Positions 1-8,226 of a stretch of 64,000 bases of DNA are shown piece by piece. Under the pieces are notes generated by a model, which worked only from the letters and a program-made list of their open reading frames with translations, did not search any database and was not told where the DNA came from. A program made the translations under genes and the position numbers. The stretch comes from Methanobacteriota archaeon (GTDB taxonomy: Archaea > Thermoplasmatota > Thermoplasmata > SG8-5 > DAIRED01), in contig JAZDNO010000030.1 in NCBI GenBank assembly GCA_043799545.1, forward strand, positions 24,101 through 88,100. The letters run 5' to 3'. Position 1 is the first letter of the stretch. Each line of letters opens with the position of its first letter.

Positions 1-1523
1 GGTGCAGGTTTTTCCGAACCTAATGACGGTTTATCGGCTCGGCGGGAGGTTATTCCAACGCCTGTTTTCTCACGCAAGAACGATTCGCTGATCTTTCCGA
101 CCAAGGCTTCGACGACGGTCCGGCGAAGCTCCTTGATTGCTCCGACTGGCGCGAAGCTCCCGGGAGCGATTGAAACGTCCAGCTTGCTTAATTCGAAGGG
201 GGTATCACCGAGCGCCCCGACGGCCTTACGCACGGCTTCCTCCGTCAGAGGGCGCTTCTCGGCCTTCACAGCCTCAGCGCCTTCAAGCTCGACGGAATAA
301 TCTCCTGTGCGCACGGAGATGCGCATCGGTTTCCCGGCTGCAACTTCCAGACTCATTCCCATAGCGCGCCTTTTGCCTGGCCTCGCCGAGCGCGCGGCTT
401 CGGCCAGCCTGGGCGAAGATGTGAGGAAGATGTCGTCTCCTGCCGTGGCCTTCGCATCAATTTTTAAGTCGAACAACCCGTCGACGGAATTCTCAATTGC
501 GAGGACTATGCCTCCGGTGGAGCCGACCTTGAGCCCGTCACCGGGACCGACCTTCATCCCTTCGAGCACCCTCGCCCGCATCCACTGGCCTCCCGCCGAA
601 ACGACCTTTCCGAGCCTCAGCCCGGCGTTGTTCTGCACCGAGTGGTTCGTCAGGTTTGCGTGCCTGGCGCCGAGCATGTACCCGCGCGTGAACTCCCTGT
701 TGAACGCGAGCGCCAGCATCTTCGCCTGCTCGCCGTCGGGCATCTCGCCCGTGTCCAGCGCGCGCCTGTACGCGGCGGTCGCGAGGGCGACGTATTCTGG
801 GGACCGCATCCTGCCCTCTATCTTCAACCCGCTTACGCCGGCCTTGACGATTTCATCCAGGCGTTGCAGGGTGTTGAGGTCGCGGGTGCTGAGAAGATAC
901 GGGCCAGTGTTGCGAACTTCCTTGATTTCGTATTCCATCCTGCATGGTTGCGCGCAGCCACCCCTATTGCCGCTGCGCCCTCCGATGAAGGAGGACATGA
1001 GGCACTGGCCGGAGTAGGAATAGCAGAGCGCGCCGTGGACGAAGACCTCAGTTTCGATGGCGCTGGAAATCTCGGCGACGTCCGCGATGGGAAGCTCCCT
1101 CGCTAGTATCGCCCTGGTGAATCCCAGCTCCATCGCGGCGAGCGCCCCGTTGACATCGTGGACGCCCCACTGGGTCGAGGCGTGGAGCTCGATGTGGAAT
1201 GAATCGCGGGCGAGGGAAACGAGCCCCAAATCCTGAACGATTGCGGCGTCCGCGCCCCAGGAATAGATGTCGGCGAGAAAATCGAGCGCGTCGGGCAGCT
1301 CGTCGTCGAAGAGGAGCGTGTTCACGGTTACGTATGCCTTCGCCCCGGCAAGATGGACGTATCTCAGGGCCTCCTTCAGCTCGTCGTCTGAGAAGTTGGC
1401 CGCGCTGCGCCTGGCTCCGAACCTTTTCCCCGCGAGGTAGACGGCGTCCGCGCCAGCTTCGATGGCGGCGCGGAGCGACTCGGGCGAGCCGGCGGGGGAA
1501 AGAAGCTCGGGCTTATTCGACAT
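1..1523 (-). CDS. U32 family peptidase-like Fe-S protein with DUF3656 domain (RlhA/TrhP-like); runs off the left window edge
   Basis: Manual translation from ATG 1523 (SD AAGGAGG): MSNKPELLSPAGSPESLRAAIEAGADAVYLAG, HASTQ, VFVHGALCYSYSGQCLMSSFIGGRSGNRGGCAQPCR, then AEKRPLTEEAVRKAVGALGDTPF. Missing from the ORF track because there is no stop in the window. Confidence 0.9.
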   Translation of the reverse strand, partial: MSNKPELLSPAGSPESLRAAIEAGADAVYLAGKRFGARRSAANFSDDELKEALRYVHLAGAKAYVTVNTLLFDDELPDALDFLADIYSWGADAAIVQDLGLVSLARDSFHIELHASTQWGVHDVNGALAAMELGFTRAILARELPIADVAEISSAIETEVFVHGALCYSYSGQCLMSSFIGGRSGNRGGCAQPCRMEYEIKEVRNTGPYLLSTRDLNTLQRLDEIVKAGVSGLKIEGRMRSPEYVALATAAYRRALDTGEMPDGEQAKMLALAFNREFTRGYMLGARHANLTNHSVQNNAGLRLGKVVSAGGQWMRARVLEGMKVGPGDGLKVGSTGGIVLAIENSVDGLFDLKIDAKATAGDDIFLTSSPRLAEAARSARPGKRRAMGMSLEVAAGKPMRISVRTGDYSVELEGAEAVKAEKRPLTEEAVRKAVGALGDTPFELSKLDVSIAPGSFAPVGAIKELRRTVVEALVGKISESFLREKTGVGITSRRADKPSLGSEKPA

Positions 1524-1612
1524 CTCTCCTCCTTGATGACGGTATCGTCAATTCCATGCCAGTCTGATTGCGCTGCCCCCATATATTTACTTCGACGTGC
1601 GATGAGTCTACG

Positions 1613-1643
1613 CCCACCCACCCGCCACTCCGCCCTCCATCCC
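1613..1643 (-). other. Putative G-quadruplex-forming tract
   Basis: Minus strand GGGATGGAGGGCGGAGTGGCGGGTGGGTGGG has five GGG runs; it shares a core with 59294-59322. Confidence 0.45.
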
Positions 1644-1664
1644 AGGAAATTACATGTAATTGAA

Positions 1665-1776
1665 GCCTCCCGCAGGAGGTACGGTCGAGGTGATCTGGTG
1701 AGGCCGAGGCTTTTGGGATACCATACACCTTTTCCCCGTAGGCCGAGCCAGAGAGCCGAGACAGGAAAAGGGGTTG
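1665..1776 (-). repeat. Dispersed structured repeat, copy A
   Basis: CAACCCCTTTTCC-loop-GGAAAAGGTGTATGGTATCCCAAAAG...TCGACC plus terminal hairpin CCTCC-TGCG-GGAGG; matches 16833-16924 and 42069-42182. Confidence 0.85.
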
Positions 1777-2313
1777 TTAAGACATCCCCCATTTCGCGAA
1801 CTTCAAATCCTTCCGCTTGTTCTCCAGGAAATGGTAGACCGCCGCATGCTCGCTCCCGTCCAACAACATCTCGACCGCTCTCCGCGCCACGTCGAGGGCC
1901 AGCAAATCTCCGATTATAGCGACAGTGTTGTAGAACACGGAGACTTCGACCTCTGCCAGCTCCTCGACGAGCTTGCGCGTGCGGCCTTCGGCGCCGATGA
2001 CGCGCGCTCTGACCCGCTGCACATCCTTGAGGTCCTTTCCCGCAAAGTCCCGGATGTCGTAGGCGAAGAAGTAGTAGTCGTTGTCGAACAGCTTGAACGC
2101 CTTCTCCGGAGAGAAACCGGCCGCTATCGCAGAGACGACATCCCTGGCATCCAGCTGCAACTCCGGGTGCTCCCCGTCGGTGATGGTGACGTCCCCGGTT
2201 TTCGATTCGATAAGCAACCTGCAGCCGCTCCTTTCCTCAATCTGTTTCTTCACGGAGCCTTCGGGGCCTATGAGCGCGCCCAGCCTTTCTGGTTCAACCC
2301 TTACGTACATCAT
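1777..2313 (-). CDS. KH-domain RNA-binding protein (Dim2/Pno1 homolog)
   Basis: Two KH GxxG loops (LIGPEG, VIGAEG); GSEHAAVY C-terminus; conserved aIF1A-Rio1-KH synteny; SD GAGGTGA before ATG 2313. Confidence 0.9.
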   Translation of the reverse strand: MMYVRVEPERLGALIGPEGSVKKQIEERSGCRLLIESKTGDVTITDGEHPELQLDARDVVSAIAAGFSPEKAFKLFDNDYYFFAYDIRDFAGKDLKDVQRVRARVIGAEGRTRKLVEELAEVEVSVFYNTVAIIGDLLALDVARRAVEMLLDGSEHAAVYHFLENKRKDLKFAKWGMS

Positions 2314-2314
2314 C

Positions 2315-3082
2315 TCAATCACCTCTAACATATCTCAGGCACTGCTCCAAATCCCTCTTGACGCCCAGCCTTTCGAAAAACTTGAGCAGGTTCGCCACGT
2401 CCCTGCGAAGGTACTCGGGTGAGTTGGGCTGGTCCGATGTGACGGCCTGGCCCACGTCGATTAGATAACCTTTCTGCCTCTGGACGAGGATGTTGTACTC
2501 GCTCAGGTCGCAGTGGACCAGCTGAGCCTCGACGTAAACCTTCCGAATCTGCTCCAGCATATCCTCGAGAAAGTTCTCCGGGTCCTTCGGAATCGCCTCC
2601 TTCAGCATCGGCGCCGGCCTCGCGGGCGTTCCGATGTAGCTCATGACCAGCACGTTCTTCCTGCAGGCTATTGGCTCGGGGCAGCGGACGCCGTGCTCCC
2701 GCATTCGCGAGAGGTTCTTGAACTCCTTGGAAGCCCATGCGTAAATCATCTTGCGGCGGTTCCCGTGGAGCCCTTTGAAGCGCGGGTCGCCGAGTATGTA
2801 TTTCTGTATCGTGTTGAAGGTGGCGTTCGTCGTCCTGAATATCTTCACTGCGACGTAACCGCCGCCAGAGACGTTCGCCCTGAAGACGTTCCCCTCCTTG
2901 CCTGTGGAAATTGGGAAGTCCAGTATGTCGAAGACCTTGTTCGTCATCAGGTCGTAGATTATCATGAGCGTCTGGTGGTCGAAGACCTCGTCAAGAGTGC
3001 GCCTGTCGTCCGTGCCCTTGGTGTGGATGCGCAGCTCTCCCAATTTGACATCCAGCAGCCGGTCGGCGCGCTCGTCACGCAT
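2315..3082 (-). CDS. rio1: RIO1 family serine kinase/ATPase
   Basis: ISTGKEGNVF, AVKIF, VHCDLSEYN, LIDVGQAV motifs; ATG 3082 with SD GAGGTG. Confidence 0.93.
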   Translation of the reverse strand: MRDERADRLLDVKLGELRIHTKGTDDRRTLDEVFDHQTLMIIYDLMTNKVFDILDFPISTGKEGNVFRANVSGGGYVAVKIFRTTNATFNTIQKYILGDPRFKGLHGNRRKMIYAWASKEFKNLSRMREHGVRCPEPIACRKNVLVMSYIGTPARPAPMLKEAIPKDPENFLEDMLEQIRKVYVEAQLVHCDLSEYNILVQRQKGYLIDVGQAVTSDQPNSPEYLRRDVANLLKFFERLGVKRDLEQCLRYVRGD

Positions 3083-3090
3083 CTCCCACC

Positions 3091-3435
3091 TCAAAAGATG
3101 TCTATCGCCTGCGGGAGCATCTTCTTCCTGCTTAGGTAGACTGCCTGGGTTCGCGTGTACCTGTAGCGAATCTCTGCCTTCTCGTCCTGGAACTCCCAGG
3201 GCCTGATGATGAGGAGGTCCCCCTCCCGAATCCACATGCGCTTCTTCAGCTTTCCGGGTATCCGGCCCATGCGGGTCTTGCCGTCGGCGCACATCACTCG
3301 TATCTTGGACGCACCCAGGAGTTGGTCCGCGACGCCGAAAAGCTCTCCCTCCTTGTGCCTGGGCATGGCCACCCTGATGTTCGGGTCTGCGATGTCCAGC
3401 GGCGTCTCGTCCTTGTCCCTGAAATTCGGCCTCAA
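3091..3435 (-). CDS. eif1a: Translation initiation factor aIF-1A
   Basis: GRIPGKLKKRMWIREGDLLIIRPWEFQ signature; TTG start. Confidence 0.95.
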   Translation of the reverse strand: MRPNFRDKDETPLDIADPNIRVAMPRHKEGELFGVADQLLGASKIRVMCADGKTRMGRIPGKLKKRMWIREGDLLIIRPWEFQDEKAEIRYRYTRTQAVYLSRKKMLPQAIDIF

Positions 3436-3486
3436 TATTTACCTCTATGCCCCATTGTCATACTTCTATAAAAAGGCTGGCTCAAA

Positions 3487-4125
3487 CTATATGTAAATGG
3501 TGAAATATTCATCGTAGTCGTCGACCAAGACCCTTTCATGGCCTTCTCTAACCCCGCAGACGACTTTGATTGTATAATACTCGCCGACTTCAAGATATTC
3601 CACGAATACCACAGAATACCACCATACGCTTGAAGCCGCCAATTCGTCGTCGACATACAGGTAGCAGGTCCGATTGTATAATTCATCATAGCCATCCAAG
3701 ACGCATGCCTGTATCTGGACTGTTGAGACATTCCCGAGCTTTAGGCGTAACGACGTTGTCTGTTGAAGGGTGACCAGCGCATTCTCGATTTCCGATTTCC
3801 GTCCTGTTTCGTCCCTGACTTGGACGGCGTGGGTTCTACCGGCGCGAGCCTCGACTGGCTCGAATGTGATGTTATCGTTGCCGTAATAGCCATAGCCGTA
3901 GTAACCGTTGGGGTCAATCTCAGCTTTTTTCACTCCATCCACATAAAGGTAGAACATGGTGCCGTTGCCGTACTGTCCGACGTGAGTCTCGCAGGTGACC
4001 GATATCCGACCCATGTTGAAGTCGCTGTTTACGAATGCCACCGTGGCCATGGACGATGTGACAATCCCGATGGCGAGAAGATAGACCCATATCTTCAACG
4101 CTTTCCCAAGCCTGTGGTCTCTCAA
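3487..4125 (-). CDS. Hypothetical exported/membrane-anchored protein with an internal repeat
   Basis: N-terminal hydrophobic segment; repeated YLYVDG/YLYVDD motif; AT-richer than neighbours; TTG start after GAGGTGA. Confidence 0.7.
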   Translation of the reverse strand: MRDHRLGKALKIWVYLLAIGIVTSSMATVAFVNSDFNMGRISVTCETHVGQYGNGTMFYLYVDGVKKAEIDPNGYYGYGYYGNDNITFEPVEARAGRTHAVQVRDETGRKSEIENALVTLQQTTSLRLKLGNVSTVQIQACVLDGYDELYNRTCYLYVDDELAASSVWWYSVVFVEYLEVGEYYTIKVVCGVREGHERVLVDDYDEYFTIYI

Positions 4126-4131
4126 CGAGCC

Positions 4132-4488
4132 TCACCTCAATATGTGCTGGGCCAGCACGTATATTGTCAGGGCCATGATGACGGCGCCCGACCCCACCAG
4201 CATGCCATAAAAGCCGACGATTTCCTGACCCAGTTTATCGCGCTCGACAATCAATCCGAGTGACGCGGCGGCGCCGAGCGAAGCTGCGAAGCCCCCCAAC
4301 CCGAAGACGAAAAGTAAATGTTCCGGCCCTGTCAGGACCATGGGCAGCCACATGAACGAAGCGCCTACGATACCTATTGCCAAGGACGCCCAGCCGGAAA
4401 CGCTGGCAATGACCCCGTCCCGCCTCTCCTGCGTTGGGATTAGCTTCGTGCTCCCATCGATGACCATGTATGGAAGGTTTTTGGCCAT
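4132..4488 (-). CDS. Small membrane protein, DUF4190-like paralog
   Basis: Three Gly/Ala-rich hydrophobic helices; start ATG 4488 directly after the upstream stop. Confidence 0.6.
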   Translation of the reverse strand: MAKNLPYMVIDGSTKLIPTQERRDGVIASVSGWASLAIGIVGASFMWLPMVLTGPEHLLFVFGLGGFAASLGAAASLGLIVERDKLGQEIVGFYGMLVGSGAVIMALTIYVLAQHILR

Positions 4489-4489
4489 C

Positions 4490-4897
4490 TCACGCCCCCA
4501 GGCAATAGTAGTAGCCAGGCTCATACCAGCCATTCATAAGGACACCCATTATGATGACTATGACGGCGACCAGCCCGAGGACCGCACCGGCCACCCCCAT
4601 CCCAAAGGTCTTGTTCACGATGCGCTGCATTCGCGCCCCCAGAGCCCCGCAGACAATCGCCGCCACGGCCATCGGCAGCCCCGAGACCAGAGCGAACCTT
4701 ATCGCGCTGTATCCAAATCCGGCGAAGCTCCCGAATATGATGCCGAGAAGCCCCATGATGAATGCGGCCATCGAGAGGCCGTCGCCGACCTTCGACCGGG
4801 CGATTATCTCGGCGGTCACCGTCCCGTTCATTCCGTTTTGCCCAGCTCCGCGCACACCTTGCTGATCGGCGCCCACGGGCCCGTCATCTGCGAACAT
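4490..4897 (-). CDS. DUF4190-like membrane protein
   Basis: SMAAFIMGLLG...AIVCG...GMGVAGAVLG pattern; TATA-like TTTATAT at 4930-4936 fits ATG 4897. Confidence 0.65.
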   Translation of the reverse strand: MFADDGPVGADQQGVRGAGQNGMNGTVTAEIIARSKVGDGLSMAAFIMGLLGIIFGSFAGFGYSAIRFALVSGLPMAVAAIVCGALGARMQRIVNKTFGMGVAGAVLGLVAVIVIIMGVLMNGWYEPGYYYCLGA

Positions 4898-4944
4898 CTT
4901 CTGCACCGTATGTCCATTCGCGGGTGTGGATATAAACCTTCCTT

Positions 4945-4954
4945 TCACATGTGA
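4945..4954. promoter_or_regulatory. TCACATGTGA palindrome, candidate regulator site
   Basis: Perfect 10-bp palindrome 8 bp upstream of the minus-strand TATA; an identical site is 7 bp upstream of a TATA at 11856-11865. Confidence 0.4.
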
Positions 4955-5003
4955 GTTCCCAGTCCGGCTCAAGGTTAAATATGGCCGCCCATATCCCGCA
5001 TCG

Positions 5004-5657
5004 ATGAAATCCCGCTTCGACCTCGTCGCATTCGACCTCGACGGAGTTCTCGCCGAGCCCGAGAGCTCGTGGGTCTACGTGCACCAGCACTTCGGTGTCT
5101 CGAACAAGGCCGCGCTTGAGGCGTTCATCGCGGGCGAGATAGACGACATGGAGTTCATGCGCCGGGACATAGCGCTGTGGCGGCTCGCGAAGCCAGGCGT
5201 GTGCGCGAGCGACCTCGACGCAATTCTCGAGCGGATCGCTGTCACGAACGGAGCCCGCGAGGTGGTCCAGGCAATCAGGGCCGCAGGGGCGAAGACCGTA
5301 ATAATAAGCGGAGGGCTGAGATATCTGGCCGAGAGGGTCGCGAGGCTCACGGGGGTTGACCATGTGCTGGCCAACGACGCGGCCTGCGGCCCGGACGGAA
5401 AGCTTAGCGGGGAAGGCGTGCTGGAGGTGGAGCTGCTGGCAAAGGGCAAGGCGCTCGCGGCGTTACGAAAGCGCCTCGGCGTCCCCAAGGAGAGGTGCGC
5501 GGCCGTGGGGAACAGCTTCATCGATGCCCAGATGTTCGAGGAGTCCGCGATGGGGATAGCTTTCAACCCGGTTGACGACAGGACGCGGGAAGCGGCGGAC
5601 CACGTCGTAGAAGGGAAGGACCTCAGGCTGATTCTGCCCTACCTGCTCGTGGACTAA
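5004..5657 (+). CDS. HAD-IB family phosphatase (phosphoserine phosphatase-like)
   Basis: FDLDGVL motif I, IISGG motif II, K and GNSFID motifs; TTAAATA about 23 nt upstream (leaderless start). Confidence 0.85.
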   Translation: MKSRFDLVAFDLDGVLAEPESSWVYVHQHFGVSNKAALEAFIAGEIDDMEFMRRDIALWRLAKPGVCASDLDAILERIAVTNGAREVVQAIRAAGAKTVIISGGLRYLAERVARLTGVDHVLANDAACGPDGKLSGEGVLEVELLAKGKALAALRKRLGVPKERCAAVGNSFIDAQMFEESAMGIAFNPVDDRTREAADHVVEGKDLRLILPYLLVD

Positions 5658-5679
5658 TCATTCCGGCAGGCAAAGAACG

Positions 5680-6567
5680 CTATTTGCCAGAGGACTCGGA
5701 GCGCGAACCGCGCCCGCCGTACCACCTCACGGCTTTCGCGTAAGCTCCGTCGAGCCTCCCCCAGAACCCGTCGCTGTAGCGCTCGGTGAGGAATACCGAG
5801 ACTGCCGCCACAGCCATCCCGGCGAAGATGTCGGTTATCCAGTGCACGCCGAGGTAGATTATGGCTACCGCAATCAGAGCAGTCATGACGCCGAGGAACC
5901 ATTTGTAGAGCCTGAAGCCAGGAACGCTCCGGACCAGGATCAGGAGGATGGCGAACGGGACGGCCACGTGCAGAGAAGGGAAGCAGTTGTCGAACGGGTC
6001 GTGGAGCACGAAGAACTCGTTGACCTGGGGGCTGTAGTTGTAGGCCAGCGCCTGCATGCCCGGGACCACGGCGCCCCCCCCCTGCCCGGCCATGAATGGC
6101 CAGCTCGTCACATACACGGGGAAGAACCAGTAGAAAGGTATCGAGATGACGAGGATGATGAGGTTGTTGAATATCACGTCGTTGGCGACCTTGCGCCTGT
6201 CCATGTATGCGAAAAGGGCGAATGAGAAGTTGTAGAGGAAGATGTATCCAATGAGGTAGACTATGAGCAGAAACAACGTCATCCCGTCGCTCAGCAGCGC
6301 CCGTTGGACGTGAAGCACGGCGTCCCCTTCGATGGAGAAAATCAAAGGCGTGAAGTCTAGATTGAGAGCCTCCTTGATGGGGTCGTTGAGCATGTCCAGC
6401 GCGCTCTTCATCACGAGGATGCCGAGTAAAATCGCGAGGTGGATGCGGTACCTGCTGAACATCATCACGCCGCCCTCGAGCGTGAACTTGGCCCGGCCAA
6501 ATATGTAGAACGCCACGGGAGAGAATCCGAACAGGAACGCCAGTAGCGCAAGGTCTATCGGGTTCAT
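5680..6567 (-). CDS. PAP2-superfamily membrane protein (AUR1/IPC synthase-like)
   Basis: Multi-TM; NCFPSLH and YLGVHWITD catalytic motifs. Confidence 0.85.
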   Translation of the reverse strand: MNPIDLALLAFLFGFSPVAFYIFGRAKFTLEGGVMMFSRYRIHLAILLGILVMKSALDMLNDPIKEALNLDFTPLIFSIEGDAVLHVQRALLSDGMTLFLLIVYLIGYIFLYNFSFALFAYMDRRKVANDVIFNNLIILVISIPFYWFFPVYVTSWPFMAGQGGGAVVPGMQALAYNYSPQVNEFFVLHDPFDNCFPSLHVAVPFAILLILVRSVPGFRLYKWFLGVMTALIAVAIIYLGVHWITDIFAGMAVAAVSVFLTERYSDGFWGRLDGAYAKAVRWYGGRGSRSESSGK

Positions 6568-6591
6568 CGAAGGGAGGAACGCCTGGCGATA

Positions 6592-7233
6592 TTATACCTT
6601 GTCGCTGATTAGCGGGACGAAGGCGACGCCCCCGTGGTTCTCCATCGCAAGCCTTCCAGCCTTTTTGGTGGCAAGCATCAGCTCCTGGTAGCGCCCGCCG
6701 CCCAAGGGTATTGCGAGCCTCCCGCCCTCGGCGAGCTGCGCGGTCAGCGCCTCGGGGATTTTCCGAGCCGCGCAGGCGACCAGCATGCAATCGTACGGGG
6801 CGCGCTCCAGGTGCCCCAGCGCTCCATCGCCCTCTATAACCATCACGTCCGGGTAGCCGGCTTTGGCCAGGTTCTCCCTGCAAATGACCGCGAGCTCGTG
6901 AATCCGTTCGATAGTCACCACCAGGCCATCCATCCCCACCAATTCGGCCATTACCGCTGCATGATAGCCAGTCCCCCCGCCGACTTCGAGGACCTTCTGC
7001 CCAGGTTCCGGCGCAAGGAGCTCGGCCATCATCGCCACCATGTGCGGCGCGGATATGGTCTGGCCATTGCCGATGGGCAAAGGGGTGTCCCGGTAGGCTT
7101 CAGAGACCGCGTTCTCCGGCAGGAAGAGGTGCCTCTCGACCTTCAGCATCGCGTCGCGGACGCGCTCGCTTCGGACGTGGCCGTTCGATTCCAGCCGCGC
7201 GACCATCCGCGCCCTCTCGTCATCCCTCGCCAT
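6592..7233 (-). CDS. pcm: Protein-L-isoaspartate O-methyltransferase
   Basis: GQTISAPHMVA, VLEVGGGTGY, GDGALG and APYD motifs. Confidence 0.95.
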   Translation of the reverse strand: MARDDERARMVARLESNGHVRSERVRDAMLKVERHLFLPENAVSEAYRDTPLPIGNGQTISAPHMVAMMAELLAPEPGQKVLEVGGGTGYHAAVMAELVGMDGLVVTIERIHELAVICRENLAKAGYPDVMVIEGDGALGHLERAPYDCMLVACAARKIPEALTAQLAEGGRLAIPLGGGRYQELMLATKKAGRLAMENHGGVAFVPLISDKV

Positions 7234-8137
7234 CGCCACTGCCGCCGAACGCACGCCTCCAGCGCCCCAAAGACATCGAGCGGACCTTGAAAGGATAGTC
7301 AACGGCCAGCTCGAACTTCGAGACGAAGGCCCAGGCACTGACTCCGAGCGCTAGCCCAGCCCCGACGTCGATCAGCCAGTGAACGCCCAGGTACATGGTA
7401 GCCAGGACGACGGAGACGCCGACCCAGGCAGCGAACGCGCCCCAAAGCCTCTCGCGCCCCTTGAGCACGACCAGGGGGACGAAGACGGATATCGCCGTGT
7501 GCAGCGAGGGAAAGCAATTGTCAATGCTGCTGAACGAGTACGACGCGTCGAGGTTTGTAGCGCCCATGTCGTAGAGGACCCCGTGGATGTCCGTGTATCC
7601 GTAGGCCGGAATGCCGTTTGCGGCGTTGTATCCGGCGTAGGCAGCGTTCGTGGTCCAGACCTCGTTCACGGGGAATAGGAGGAAGAATGGCAGCGCGATG
7701 GCGTAGATTATGCAGTAGCCGACCACGAGCCTCTTGACAATCGTCCCCTTGTCCACAGCCATGAAATAAATCACGGTTCCATAAAACAGAACGACGAACA
7801 GCACCATGTACATGGCGTAGAAATAGATGTCCAGCACATCGTTTTGGAAGCTCGACTGGAGCCAGCCCGAAGCCCCTCCCTCGGCGGAGTGGACGGCAGG
7901 AGTGAAATCGAGGCCCAGCGCGTCCGTGATGGCGTGGTCCAGCACGACAGATTCGAGAATCATCAGCATCAGAAGCCCGGTGAGGAGCAGGAGCATCGGG
8001 AACTGGCGCCTGAGAATCCGCACCCCATCGGAGAACCAGTGGTCGGGCGGCATCCGGCGGGCGAGCCGTTCGAGGAACGGCTGCGCGAGCACCGGGACGG
8101 CTATCAGGGCCGCAATGGCGATGGCGATGTCTGGCAA
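7220..8137 (-). CDS. PAP2-superfamily membrane protein (AUR1/IPC synthase-like), second paralog
   Basis: NCFPSLH and YLGVHWLID motifs; shares LGLDFTP/LNLDFTP with 5680-6567; TTG start after AGGTGAGG. Confidence 0.85.
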   Translation of the reverse strand: MPDIAIAIAALIAVPVLAQPFLERLARRMPPDHWFSDGVRILRRQFPMLLLLTGLLMLMILESVVLDHAITDALGLDFTPAVHSAEGGASGWLQSSFQNDVLDIYFYAMYMVLFVVLFYGTVIYFMAVDKGTIVKRLVVGYCIIYAIALPFFLLFPVNEVWTTNAAYAGYNAANGIPAYGYTDIHGVLYDMGATNLDASYSFSSIDNCFPSLHTAISVFVPLVVLKGRERLWGAFAAWVGVSVVLATMYLGVHWLIDVGAGLALGVSAWAFVSKFELAVDYPFKVRSMSLGRWRRAFGGSGDGEG

Positions 8138-8226
8138 TCCTCACCTGCATTAATTCGAATGGCTAAGGCGTATAATACACTATCCGACAGCGAAACTCTT
8201 TAACCGGTGAGGGCATTCTCCAGGCG

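Noticed and set aside
1533-1567. TTGATGA...CTGA on the plus strand as a second C/D sRNA
   Set aside because: Only 24 nt between the boxes, no terminal stem, and it overlaps the U32 leader.
1665-1779. Repeat starting TAAC after a stop codon, resembling an integron attC
   Set aside because: No RYYYAAC/GTTRRRY pair, copy B lacks TAAC, the flanking genes are core genes, and there is no integrase.
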